This document shows, in pieces, positions 1 through 10,412 of a DNA stretch of 64,000 nt (the stretch's first letter is position 1; each line of letters starts with the position of its first letter). The stretch is from TPA_inf: Saccharomyces (taxonomy: Eukaryota). Location of the stretch: contig BK006947.3 in assembly GCA_000146045.2 (NCBI GenBank), positions 224,001 to 288,000 on the forward strand, written 5' to 3'. The position numbers and the translations under genes were made by a program. Under the pieces are notes generated by a model. The model ran no database searches and was not told the DNA's origin. It saw only the letters and a program-made list of their open reading frames with translations.

Positions 1-470
1 CGTTACAGTCTTCTATCGAGATATCTGGCGATGTATGTTCATCAGTTGGTTGAGCAGAAGCCTGTTCATTTGCCCTCGTAAAATGCTTCGAAGAGTTTTC
101 TCTAGGAGTAGAGTGTATGAAATTGGGTACATCCTTTTTATGAACATCAGTACCTATGGGAGACTTATCTTTTTCGTTTTTTGGTCGTTCTTGTAATCCT
201 GGAGATTCCTGATAACTAGTATTTCTAGCATAATTCATTTGATCCATAGATGGTGATTTGTTCTCTTCATATGAGTCTCTAGCATTGGAAAAGTTGCAAT
301 TGATGACATCTTCAGGGTTAACGAATAAAGGTAAGATGGATTTTCCGACATGATTTTCATTTAGCCAGTTTTGTGGGATTGGCTCTCCGTCTTTAATTTC
401 CCCATTCTCTGATACAGGAGAATCCAAACGCTCATGAAATGGAAAATTCATTAAATCGAAATCAGTCATG
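1..470 (-). CDS. CNM67: Partial CDS for the N-terminal part of spindle pole body outer plaque protein Cnm67. The start codon is at 468-470 and the gene runs off the window's left edge.
   Basis: Reverse-strand translation from ATG at 470 gives MTDFDLMNFPFHERLDSPVSENGEIKDGEPIPQNWLNENHVGKSILPLF..., open to position 1. This is recognised from memory as the Cnm67 N-terminus. It is absent from the ORF track because no stop lies in the window. Confidence 0.6.
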
Positions 471-795
471 ATGTACAAAAGACCTGTCACTATTTACTAG
501 TGATTATTTTTTGTATGTGTAGATTTCTTCCCGAGGAACGTTAACGTTATTAGTTGTTTTATTACTATAAACGTTCCACAAAAAATTGCCTAACGCCTCA
601 CGTCGCGCAACGCGAATTTTCACAAGAAGATGTTATTTACAGTTACGATAATTGAATTGGATATGTAACGAGAAGTTGTACCTAAAACTCCGTATGTGTA
701 TATTACCATAGATTTTTCATGGTCTAGTCTAGAAAATAAAAAAATATGTATATACGCAATTGTTAAGAAAATGAGGATTAAAAGCTTGGAAAATA

Positions 796-3099
796 TTAAC
801 TTTCACTGTGTCTTAAACCCGATCTATTCTTTTTAATTTTGGCAAAAATTGGTTCACTTATACCTTTATTGCCTTGAATACCAAGGCCCTCTCCACTTTT
901 CCACCCAAGCTTTTCCAACATTCTTCTACCGATATTTTCGTTTCCAATCTCTGGAGCGTTTTGACCAACAATCTCACCTTCTTTAACATGAAATTTCCCT
1001 CTGATTGTTTTAGTTCTTTCGAAAGCAGCTTGTTCCTCCCTCGGTCTTCTTATATCTATTCTCATGAATACTGGCCTCTGCCTCATCAATTGGTCAATGA
1101 GACTATAATTCGGAGAAGACCATTTCGTTTTCTTTATTTTTTCTACAACAACCGACGTATGATTTGCTTTCCCAATTTTTGAACTCTTCATATTATAATG
1201 CTTCGCAATTTTCATTACGGTCTTGTTTCCATGAGGATCTAATGGAGGGAAAGTCAGTCTATCATTGTTCCTAGACAAAAAGGACTCAAATTCATCTTTA
1301 ATATTTTGAATATGGAGTCCATATGGGTATTTCTTGAGCATATCGTTCGAATTTCTATTCTCCTGATCAATGAAATCTTCTTTGGCTTTTCTTTTCTTTG
1401 CTTTGGTTTCTATGCGTTTACTAAACTTACTTTGTAACGTCTCCAACGTTTCTGTATCCAGCGCTAAGGCGTCATCGATGAGTAGCTTCTTCTTCTTACC
1501 TTTACCCTTAGTTTCCAAGGACTTGGTTTCAAATGTTTTGAATCTTTCTGTATCATGTTTCAATGTGTATGCAATTAGGTCGTCCAGACCCTCTTCAATG
1601 TCGCTATGCACAACCGAGGAGGCCATATCTTCATCATCTTCATAGCTGTCGCCTTCATAGCTGTCACCTTCATCACTCGAATCAGAAATCGGAATATCTG
1701 AGTAGGTTGGCTCAGCTGGTTCAATTTTTGGTATAAGAGAATTTTTAATAAAATTCAAATATGCAGGTAATCTATCTTCAGGAAGACCTAACTCGTCTAC
1801 AACGAAGTCTGTGAGTAAGTCCTGGTCAATCCAATGAAAGTCGTAATCTCCCAGTAATCTGTAACACCGTAGATAATATGAATTGTCTACTCCGCCCATT
1901 CTTATATTGGAGACCACTATGTCATTAGTATTTATGACAAAATCTTCTTCTTTGAATCCAAATTCTAACTCTTCGCTAGCAGGAGATGGCAGATTATCAT
2001 TATTGCCTTCGAATGTTTTGGTACCATTTATTGAAAGACATTTTATATCTTCTGTCAACTGCGGACTAGGGCTTGGTAAAAGATTGTTGTCAGCTCGGGA
2101 ATTGTGACGTTGGCCAACATAATTAAACCCTTGATCAACCTCAGAACTTGCTGAGGATTCGTATAAAGGTTCACTATTATTCTCTGTTTCTATTTCGTAG
2201 TCTAGTTCATCATTGTCCGAGTCGCTAGTATGCATACCATGTAATACGTTGGAAATGTAACCAGCAAATGGATGATATGTCTTATTACCCTTATTTGGAA
2301 CGTCAACACTAATTTCCTTGCTTTCGTTACCTTCGGAAACGCTAAGTTCAACCTTTCCAATTGTTAAGATAGGATCGAACTCTATCGCAACTTCTCTTGG
2401 CCTTGCGATTTCCTCGATACATACTCTTTTTATTTTGGTTAGATCCGGCGATTGCTGAGCCTCTTCATCTACAAAAAACAGGTCACCATCTTCAACTTTG
2501 CTTTCATTCGAAGACAGCGAGTGGTCCGTCGAGGGTGAATTCTGACTATCATCATCCTCGTTTTCACTGTCTTCATTGTTAATATATTCAACATCAGAAG
2601 TCATCTTTCCTGGTTCTTCAAAAACGTCTGCTTCCCTTTCGACAATTTCTTCACTGTTCTTTGTTTCGTTCTTTGCTCTCAGTTTTTGAATCATATTGTG
2701 GGATGGATCGTAAACTTCCTTAGCTTTTACAAATTGCATAGGTCTTTTGCGGAATGCTGCCCTTCCTGCTTGTAGGTCAGTTGAAGAATCATATCGATTA
2801 CCTGGTCTTAAACCACCCATTTTCATAGAACGGCTCTTGGCATCGCGACCAAAATAATAGTCTTCTATAGTTTTTGGTGATATGAATGCTCTTCCTGGGT
2901 TGAAGTCGGCGCCTACATCATCAAGATCACCTTCTCCTAGTGGTATAGAAGAGTTATGCCAACTGTTAGTGGGAGTAGGTTTTTTCTTTATCTTTCTGCC
3001 TTGTATGCCTTTAGCATTCCCCCTGCCAGCTTTCTTGGAATTGCTACCACGTGCATGCCTACGTCTGCTTCCTTGATAATGACTATGCCTTTTTGCCAT
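796..3099 (-). CDS. SQS1: G-patch protein Sqs1/Pfa1 (767 aa), a stimulator of the Prp43 helicase
   Basis: 767-aa ORF with ATG at 3097-3099. It has a C-terminal G-patch ([28 protein letters not shown]), an acidic/Ser-rich middle and a basic N-terminus. Confidence 0.85.
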
Positions 3100-3369
3100 T
3101 TTTTTTGACGGTTACAACAATTTATGCTTATATTTGACTCTGCGATTAAATCACTTCTTCCTTCTAGAAACTCTGCGCAGGCCTAATTGTTGTTGTTTTG
3201 TTCAGATCTTATTTAATTGTAAAATGTCAAATTTCACTTTTATTCTTTAGGCGGTGACCGTTGCAGCTGCCAACAATAGCGCCTCAAAGGAAAAAAGTAA
3301 AAATATACACACAATAACGTTAGTAGATGAAGAATGGACGACTTCTTATCACGTATAGGAGTGATATAC

Positions 3370-4854
3370 ATGCAGAGGTGGCTACAACTGTGGAAAATGG
3401 ATTTGGTACAAAAAGTGTCTCATGGCGTTTTTGAAGGCTCGTCCGAAGAACCGGCTGCTCTTATGAATCATGATTATATAGTATTAGGGGAAGTATATCC
3501 TGAGCGAGACGAAGAATCTGGCGCTGAACAATGTGAACAAGACTGTCGATATCGCGGTGAAGCGGTTAGTGACGGGTTTTTAAGCTCTCTTTTTGGTAGG
3601 GAAATTTCTTCTTACACAAAGGAATTTCTTTTGGATGTACAATCAAGGGTCAACTTTACATATCGGACAAGATTTGTTCCTATAGCAAGGGCGCCAGATG
3701 GGCCTTCACCTTTAAGTCTAAATTTATTAGTACGTACAAATCCGATCAGTACAATAGAGGACTATATAGCAAATCCTGATTGCTTTAACACTGATATTGG
3801 GTGGGGGTGTATGATAAGGACAGGACAAAGTTTGTTGGGGAATGCCTTACAAATCCTTCATTTGGGCAGAGATTTCAGGGTAAATGGTAACGAAAGTCTG
3901 GAAAGAGAATCAAAATTTGTAAATTGGTTTAATGACACGCCTGAGGCTCCATTTTCGTTACATAACTTTGTTTCTGCAGGTACAGAACTCTCTGATAAAA
4001 GACCAGGTGAATGGTTTGGTCCCGCAGCTACGGCAAGGAGTATACAATCTTTAATATATGGCTTCCCCGAATGTGGCATCGATGATTGTATAGTATCTGT
4101 TTCATCCGGCGATATCTATGAAAATGAAGTTGAAAAAGTATTTGCTGAGAATCCAAATAGTAGAATATTGTTCTTGTTGGGCGTGAAGCTCGGGATTAAT
4201 GCGGTAAATGAGAGCTATAGAGAAAGTATATGTGGTATCTTAAGTTCAACACAGTCAGTAGGCATTGCCGGCGGTAGGCCGTCTTCATCGTTGTATTTTT
4301 TTGGTTATCAAGGAAATGAATTTTTACATTTCGATCCTCATATTCCTCAACCGGCAGTAGAAGATTCATTTGTAGAGTCGTGCCATACCAGTAAATTTGG
4401 TAAATTGCAACTATCGGAAATGGATCCCTCGATGCTCATTGGTATTTTGATTAAGGGCGAAAAAGACTGGCAACAATGGAAGCTAGAAGTTGCAGAATCT
4501 GCTATTATCAATGTTCTTGCTAAGAGAATGGATGACTTTGATGTGAGTTGTAGTATGGATGACGTGGAAAGTGTAAGTTCTAACTCAATGAAGAAAGATG
4601 CAAGCAATAATGAAAATCTCGGAGTACTAGAGGGAGACTACGTAGATATTGGTGCAATATTCCCACACACAACAAATACAGAAGATGTAGACGAATATGA
4701 TTGTTTTCAAGATATTCATTGCAAGAAACAGAAGATTGTTGTTATGGGAAACACACACACTGTTAATGCGAATTTAACAGATTATGAAGTAGAAGGCGTC
4801 CTTGTAGAGAAGGAAACGGTAGGTATTCACAGTCCTATTGATGAAAAATGCTAG
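3370..4854 (+). CDS. ATG4: Autophagy cysteine protease Atg4 (494 aa from the second in-frame ATG; an upstream in-frame ATG at 3334 would give 506 aa)
   Basis: Protein beginning MQRWLQLWKMDLVQ... matches my memory of Atg4. It contains a C54 peptidase-type fold signature. The choice between ATG 3334 and 3370 cannot be made from sequence alone. Confidence 0.85.
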   Translation: MQRWLQLWKMDLVQKVSHGVFEGSSEEPAALMNHDYIVLGEVYPERDEESGAEQCEQDCRYRGEAVSDGFLSSLFGREISSYTKEFLLDVQSRVNFTYRTRFVPIARAPDGPSPLSLNLLVRTNPISTIEDYIANPDCFNTDIGWGCMIRTGQSLLGNALQILHLGRDFRVNGNESLERESKFVNWFNDTPEAPFSLHNFVSAGTELSDKRPGEWFGPAATARSIQSLIYGFPECGIDDCIVSVSSGDIYENEVEKVFAENPNSRILFLLGVKLGINAVNESYRESICGILSSTQSVGIAGGRPSSSLYFFGYQGNEFLHFDPHIPQPAVEDSFVESCHTSKFGKLQLSEMDPSMLIGILIKGEKDWQQWKLEVAESAIINVLAKRMDDFDVSCSMDDVESVSSNSMKKDASNNENLGVLEGDYVDIGAIFPHTTNTEDVDEYDCFQDIHCKKQKIVVMGNTHTVNANLTDYEVEGVLVEKETVGIHSPIDEKC

Positions 4855-5093
4855 TGTAAGGAATTCACTAGTTCATAAGCATATATACTTGTTTTAATAT
4901 ATTCCCTAAAACTGAGGTATCCAGTTCTTTTGTTCTTATTCGTTTGATCATCCTTTACGTATTTTTCGTCTGCGGCAGTGGAAAGAACTTAAAAAACGAA
5001 AGATAATAAAGAAAAAGGCCAGTCGGCACGAATTAAAGACCACCTGTAAGAAGATTAAGACAACGGTGGTATAAACTAGTGTCGAAGTCCAAA

Positions 5094-5714
5094 ATGCCTA
5101 GTCATCGCAATTCAAACTTGAAGTTTTGCACAGTTTGTGCATCAAACAACAATCGTTCAATGGAATCGCATAAAGTCCTGCAAGAAGCAGGCTATAATGT
5201 TAGCTCTTACGGAACAGGTTCAGCTGTGAGACTGCCTGGTCTATCGATAGATAAGCCTAATGTGTACTCATTTGGTACACCCTATAATGATATATATAAT
5301 GATCTTTTATCACAATCAGCAGACCGTTACAAGTCGAACGGTTTATTGCAAATGCTGGATCGTAATAGAAGACTCAAAAAAGCACCTGAAAAATGGCAAG
5401 AAAGTACAAAAGTCTTCGACTTCGTTTTCACTTGTGAAGAGAGATGTTTTGATGCCGTTTGTGAAGATTTGATGAATAGAGGTGGGAAATTAAACAAAAT
5501 AGTGCATGTAATTAATGTTGACATTAAAGATGATGATGAAAATGCTAAAATTGGTAGCAAAGCTATATTGGAATTAGCTGATATGCTCAATGATAAAATA
5601 GAACAATGTGAAAAAGATGACATTCCCTTTGAAGATTGTATAATGGACATTTTAACTGAGTGGCAAAGCTCACATTCTCAACTACCGTCATTATACGCTC
5701 CTTCATATTACTAA
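5094..5714 (+). CDS. SSU72: RNA polymerase II CTD Ser5/Ser7 phosphatase Ssu72 (206 aa)
   Basis: [22 protein letters not shown]... carries the CX5R phosphatase motif ([10 protein letters not shown]). The track ORF begins at a GTG five codons upstream, and the first ATG is at 5094. Confidence 0.9.
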   Translation: MPSHRNSNLKFCTVCASNNNRSMESHKVLQEAGYNVSSYGTGSAVRLPGLSIDKPNVYSFGTPYNDIYNDLLSQSADRYKSNGLLQMLDRNRRLKKAPEKWQESTKVFDFVFTCEERCFDAVCEDLMNRGGKLNKIVHVINVDIKDDDENAKIGSKAILELADMLNDKIEQCEKDDIPFEDCIMDILTEWQSSHSQLPSLYAPSYY

Positions 5715-6104
5715 ACAAAACGGTCAATTACTGTAGAAAAGCATAAGCATTAAGCGGCCCTCATGAATCCTACATTATCCGTGAAATTTCAATACTTTCA
5801 CAAGTCTTCGATAGCTTCCTAGTTATATTCATTATATAATATTACGTTTCTTGTTGCGGCTCTCTTAAGCACATTATTTGCTTGTTGTCCACATAGCTAT
5901 TTTTTTATCAAGAAGCTTGATATACAACACACTGTATTTTTAGTAAGCTGGACAATGTCTTGTCTCAATGTAGCGTATAACAGGTTTCATTCCAAAACAC
6001 ATCACCAGATATAGGACTGAAATGAAGAAAATAGAAGCATGAAACTTTAAAAGTTTCAGTACTTTAAGAAAGAAATAAATAGAAAAATGTTCCATTTATT
6101 TCTG

Positions 6105-6672
6105 AAAATAAATCAAAAATTATAAGATCCACCCGTTCCTACCAAGACCTTCCAAAATTTTTCCCATAACGGGAACGAGCAAAGTTGAGACTGCTCAAAA
6201 GAGCACATCTTCAAACTACAATCCCGACCAAATAATCTCAACAGCCATACCTTCATCATAAACTTAAGTTCATTCGAATCTGCCGTCAAAAACTAAAATG
6301 GCACGCTAGAGAAAAGTAGTCAAAAAGAATGCCTCTACAAAGCTCTCTTTTGAAAGGCCCCAGCTCCCCTAACACCAATTTGAATTTGGTGTCAAACTTC
6401 TCCAGGCAGAAGAAACAAAGGGCCCCAAAAATCAGTTTAACCCAAAAATCCCCAAAGGAATCAAGGGATTAACCAATGATTGAAACAAGGGAATGGAAAC
6501 GTCAGCAAACACGCCTTCCGCGCCGTATGTGTGTGTGACCAAGGAGTTTGCATCAATGACTTCAATGAACAATTATAGTTCAATGATAAATGCTTAACGT
6601 CCTTCTACTATTGGAAGCGCATGTTTGATCAGTAGGACTTCTTGATCTCCTCTGATATCTTAAGGTAAGTAT
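6105..6672 (-). ncRNA. SNR19: U1 spliceosomal snRNA gene (about 568 nt). The 3' end is approximate, +/- a few nt.
   Basis: The minus-strand transcript starts AUACUUACCUUAAGAUAUCAGAGGAGAUCAAGAAGUCCUACUGAUC..., with nt 3-10 (ACUUACCU) complementary to the 5' splice-site consensus. The region is a GC-rich island with many hairpins in an AT-rich intergenic stretch. The Sm site AUAAUUUUUGA is at 6114-6123, about 10 nt from the end. The length matches the unusually long yeast U1. A TATA box lies about 90 bp upstream. Confidence 0.9.
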
Positions 6673-6761
6673 GAGGATTTTAAAAAAATTCAAGAAAAAA
6701 CTATATTTTAACGCTAAAAGTATGTTTGTAAAATAGTTCTATTAAATGGAACTTCTTCTCT

Positions 6762-6770
6762 CTATTTATA
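6762..6770 (-). promoter_or_regulatory. TATA box (TATAAATAG) for the U1 snRNA gene, about 90-98 bp upstream of its +1
   Basis: Consensus TATAAATAG on the minus strand, at a spacing typical for yeast Pol II snRNA promoters. Confidence 0.5.
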
Positions 6771-7067
6771 CGTCTTGCCAATGGAAAACTCGTCGCCTTA
6801 GAAAAAAAAAAGGTGCAAAGACGGGTAATAATTTCATTGACATTTTCAAGAGCTAGGGAATGAATCAATGAGCCCTATGATGGCAGCGTAGATCACCGTA
6901 TTTAAATTAACATATAATAAGATTTGTTGCCACTTTCAATCTCTAAATGTGTACGTATAGAGTTCCAGGAAGCAAAAAGACCATTATTGCGCGATATGAT
7001 TGCTATTTGCCCTCTGTATACATAGCTTTATAGGATATCGGTCGTACATATAATTCAGTTCAGTTCA

Positions 7068-9695
7068 TTATACGGATATTTTCGACCACTCCCCCAACCT
7101 ATAAGTGTTGGTACCTACATTTCTGATCAGTACATACCTAGTTGGTTGCCGGATGGCCGCATGATGATCTATAAATCCGATTCCCATACCATTTCCACAA
7201 TTTAAGTGGTAGGTGCCGCTGGTAATAAAACCAATCAAATCATGTACCTCTGGAAGTGGAATTTTCAAATCATGATCTTTTCTTCCGTTTGGGCGGTAAA
7301 CCCCTTTTGCCAATTGTAGCCAATGCTCTAAGTCCTTTTCTGGAACTTGATATATTCTTGCATTGTCCTTTGGGTGACCTCGTTCGAGTAGTGTGCAAGA
7401 TACAGCAATGATACAACGTGGGAAGAATGTAAGGGAGAATGAAGAACTATTGACGCTAATGCTATCAGGAGTGCGAAATTGACATTTCCGATTTTTACAC
7501 AATGCAACTGGTATGTTCTCTTCAATCGACAACGACATAGCCTTGGTCTTGGCTTCATAATCTTTGCAAAACTCCAAAACATCATTTACACAGTTGATGT
7601 CTCTTACACCCTGAGCGTTAAATTGCCCGGTCTTCTTACTGTCCATCAGTTCTAAGGTTTTATCATTCCGCTGTAAATAATCAATTCCATTTCTCAGTAT
7701 TTGTAAAAATCTCCAGTCTGAACTGAAAAAATCGCCGATTTCTCCGCTATATGCCGGTAATTTAGTGTTATGGATGTCTTTGATCTTCTCGAAATTAATC
7801 CTTTTTCCCATTGGCTTCCTATCCCACTTCGTCTTGGAGGCCTCCTTTTTATAAAATGAGTTTTCTATATAACCCAATTGAGTGAATGGATAATCATCCG
7901 GAAAATATAATTGCTTATTCTCGTACTGAATTTGCTGGAATTGCCTGAGGCCAATGTGATACATCCTTGGTATCCGGTTCAGTAGATGCCATAACGGTAG
8001 CAGCCAGAACCATGGTAACACAACAATCCAATCCCTGGTCTTGAGCCTTCTTATTATGACTAATGGAATAGAAGGATCGTCACTTTCTTTGAACGGGACT
8101 GTAGTTTTATTGATGCTGTTCGGTGTGGCAGTTAGCAATTTGTAACGTCTCGCAGAAATTTCTTTTAATGTGTTTTGGTTGTTGTATGATTGAGTACGTG
8201 ATTCAGGGTCACATAATTCGTTAAAAACGGCGTTTATTTCGTCTTGAGGATAGTTTTCATGCAGTGATAAAATGTCGTCAGAATTAACAGTCTTCCTCTG
8301 TGAATCATTTAATTTCTTTGGAGCAGCTAGATGACGCGGATCTATGGCTTCAAATGCAAACGTACACCTCTGTGGTAGGGCATTATGATCGGTAATCATT
8401 GAAACCATTTTAAATTGTTCAAACGATTTAGAGTACTCTGTGCTCCTTAAACACGATGCTAATGACTCTAGAGCTTTAGCTCCCTTCAATGTCACGCTTG
8501 CTAATGAATATCGACAATCTTGTACTGTTAGTTTTTCCTTATGTTGCAAAAGAATGTTAAAAACCTGAGTATAAATTGAAGGGTGTAACCTTATAATTGC
8601 AGTATCCTTTTGTACCCAAAATACGTCGCATGGACCCAGTGGCTTAGTAGAATCCTCACCGTTTTCTTCATTGAAACTATAAATTAACCCTTGGAATAAA
8701 ACCTGGCCTTCGCGATATTTCCTTAAGTTTGCTCTTTCAGCTGTTAACTTTCCTATAATGGATTTTAAAAAGTCCCCCTCACTGTCATTGCTTTTGTCTT
8801 TTACAATTATTGTACCAATATAACTTGAATCCATGCATAAGGCCCCATCGGAGCTGCAGGTATCACCGCCCAACCTATGCGTCAATTTAAAGCATTTTTG
8901 AGTAGGTGCCCATACCATTTGATATCCCCATCTTTTCATCATGTGCGACCTTTTAGCATTCCAAATGTGGGTGGGTAGCCAAGCAAAGTGCTTCTGTCTC
9001 TTCGTATATTTGACCCTGCCCTTGGGAATAGGTGCTAATTCATTGACACCAGTGCAATCATAGCTCCCCATACGATTATTAAGTAACTTTATATTTGGAT
9101 TTGCTGTTGATGATTCTTTAATCATTCGCTTTAATGTCTTGATTTTCTGCCTTACGTGGCAGTTAGATGATGTAACCTCTGGTGGCATGCTGAGTTTCAT
9201 AGAAGTAGATTTGCTAGCCAATCGTAGCAGCTTTATGGACATTCTAGCTTTATAAAGTTGCTTTGCATTTAGGCCATGAGCTTTTCTGGAAGAGGCTGAA
9301 GACCCCTTCAACACATCCTGCTGATCACTTTTACGCATTTCCCTCAAAGCTCTATTGCGCATTCTTTTTGGAATTCTACGAACATTATGCGAAGCCGTTC
9401 TACGACGCAATTTTCGAGGCAATGCCTGAAATATTCTCGTTGAGCTGGCTGCTTTGGAATTATGCATGGCCAATTGCAACTGCTTAACCTCGAATTGTCG
9501 AGAACTAATGAATTGGTCCACGTTTAGCTTACTTCCCGATTCACTCAGATCACTCGGTGTCCCAGTTTTTGTTGATGAAGCGGCCACGGCCTCTGCTCTA
9601 ATTGATCTAGCATTTCTTATGCGATTTCGCTTCAGTAATTGATTCTTATTAAGAACTTTCTTTCCACCATTTCCTCTAGACAAACTCCCGCTCAT
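7068..9695 (-). CDS. POP1: RNase P / RNase MRP protein subunit Pop1 (875 aa)
   Basis: 875-aa basic protein (MSGSLSRGNGGKKVLNKNQLLKRNRIRNARS...) matching my memory of Pop1 in both length and sequence. It occupies the single long ORF between the U1 gene and ADE12. Confidence 0.85.
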   Translation of the reverse strand: MSGSLSRGNGGKKVLNKNQLLKRNRIRNARSIRAEAVAASSTKTGTPSDLSESGSKLNVDQFISSRQFEVKQLQLAMHNSKAASSTRIFQALPRKLRRRTASHNVRRIPKRMRNRALREMRKSDQQDVLKGSSASSRKAHGLNAKQLYKARMSIKLLRLASKSTSMKLSMPPEVTSSNCHVRQKIKTLKRMIKESSTANPNIKLLNNRMGSYDCTGVNELAPIPKGRVKYTKRQKHFAWLPTHIWNAKRSHMMKRWGYQMVWAPTQKCFKLTHRLGGDTCSSDGALCMDSSYIGTIIVKDKSNDSEGDFLKSIIGKLTAERANLRKYREGQVLFQGLIYSFNEENGEDSTKPLGPCDVFWVQKDTAIIRLHPSIYTQVFNILLQHKEKLTVQDCRYSLASVTLKGAKALESLASCLRSTEYSKSFEQFKMVSMITDHNALPQRCTFAFEAIDPRHLAAPKKLNDSQRKTVNSDDILSLHENYPQDEINAVFNELCDPESRTQSYNNQNTLKEISARRYKLLTATPNSINKTTVPFKESDDPSIPLVIIRRLKTRDWIVVLPWFWLLPLWHLLNRIPRMYHIGLRQFQQIQYENKQLYFPDDYPFTQLGYIENSFYKKEASKTKWDRKPMGKRINFEKIKDIHNTKLPAYSGEIGDFFSSDWRFLQILRNGIDYLQRNDKTLELMDSKKTGQFNAQGVRDINCVNDVLEFCKDYEAKTKAMSLSIEENIPVALCKNRKCQFRTPDSISVNSSSFSLTFFPRCIIAVSCTLLERGHPKDNARIYQVPEKDLEHWLQLAKGVYRPNGRKDHDLKIPLPEVHDLIGFITSGTYHLNCGNGMGIGFIDHHAAIRQPTRYVLIRNVGTNTYRLGEWSKISV

Positions 9696-9872
9696 TTGTA
9701 ATTATAATGAGGTCAATTCTCACCTTTCTTGCCAAATGTTCAAGTGGCAGGCTGCTCAATAAGTATCCCCGTTCTTCAAAGACATGCCACCGTTCCGAGA
9801 ATCTCATCGAATTCAGATCTGCTTTCTTCTAATGCGAATTTCACTGAAAAGTTTTCCCACAGTGTTACCCTC

Positions 9873-9880
9873 TTACCCGG
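9873..9880 (+). promoter_or_regulatory. Reb1-type site TTACCCGG in the POP1–ADE12 divergent promoter
   Basis: Exact TTACCCGG(G) match. Reb1 sites are common in yeast divergent promoters. Confidence 0.35.
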
Positions 9881-9889
9881 GTGCAATGT

Positions 9890-9895
9890 CACGTG
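9890..9895 (+). promoter_or_regulatory. CACGTG E-box (Cbf1/Pho4-type) in the POP1–ADE12 intergenic region
   Basis: Exact CACGTG palindrome. Confidence 0.25.
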
Positions 9896-10189
9896 CACAT
9901 CACATATGAAAAAATGACCAGCAAAGAAGTCAATCTACCTTCCTTATGGCCGGTAGAGTCAATAGTAATTTACTTTGCAACCAATTAATAAATCTGTAAA
10001 CTTAAAGGAATCAGCAATTACCGCAACCCCAGAGAATCGGATGGTGAGATTAGTCCCATTCAATTCGCTCTCGTGACCAAATCGTCGGGAAAACATGTCC
10101 CACTTACCTGTTCCTGTGAATCCAGATACGGAAAAAAATTGTATTTAAATAATCTCGATTTTACATTTACTGATCGCGATCCTTTTCAT

Positions 10190-10196
10190 TGAGTCA
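10190..10196 (+). promoter_or_regulatory. TGAGTCA (Gcn4/Bas1-type TGACTC element) about 220 bp upstream of ADE12
   Basis: Exact TGAGTCA. Purine-pathway ADE genes are known to be regulated through TGACTC elements bound by Bas1/Bas2 and Gcn4. Confidence 0.4.
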
Positions 10197-10412
10197 CAGA
10201 TTAACAAAGTAAATAATAATAAGTAAACATTATTTCTAAAAAAGTAATTTCTTTTTCTTACTAGTCTTTTCTTTTTTGACTTTCTCTTTATTTCTTAACT
10301 TGCCTTATAAAAGAAACGATTGTAGAAGCTTACCTCGACCGAGTAAATATTAAGCTTTTCGTTGGATAAGGTAGGGGAAATCGTAACATTACTAAATTTA
10401 AAGCATATCAGA

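Noticed and set aside
5715-6100. Small ORFs and AT-rich sequence between SSU72 and the U1 gene as a possible additional gene
   Set aside because: No ORF longer than 60 aa. The region is better explained as the SSU72 3' UTR plus the snRNA terminator.
6100-6680. Initially read as an RNase MRP/RNase P-like RNA (plus-strand GAAAGGCCCCAGCUCC resembles the P4 CR-I motif) or a C/D-box snoRNA (plus-strand AATGATAAA ... CTGA at 6588-6653)
   Set aside because: The minus strand gives a far better explanation, a complete U1 snRNA. It has the diagnostic AUACUUACCU 5' end, an Sm site and an upstream TATA box. The putative snoRNA guide regions show no complementarity to rRNA segments I could reconstruct, and no terminal stem is present.
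7328-7585. 85-aa nested minus-strand ORF inside POP1, and similar nested or antisense small ORFs in ALG9, MGS1, RAP1, PSY2, CHS1 and elsewhere
   Set aside because: Contained within or antisense to long, clearly genuine genes. This is typical background for 60-120-aa ORFs in a yeast six-frame scan.
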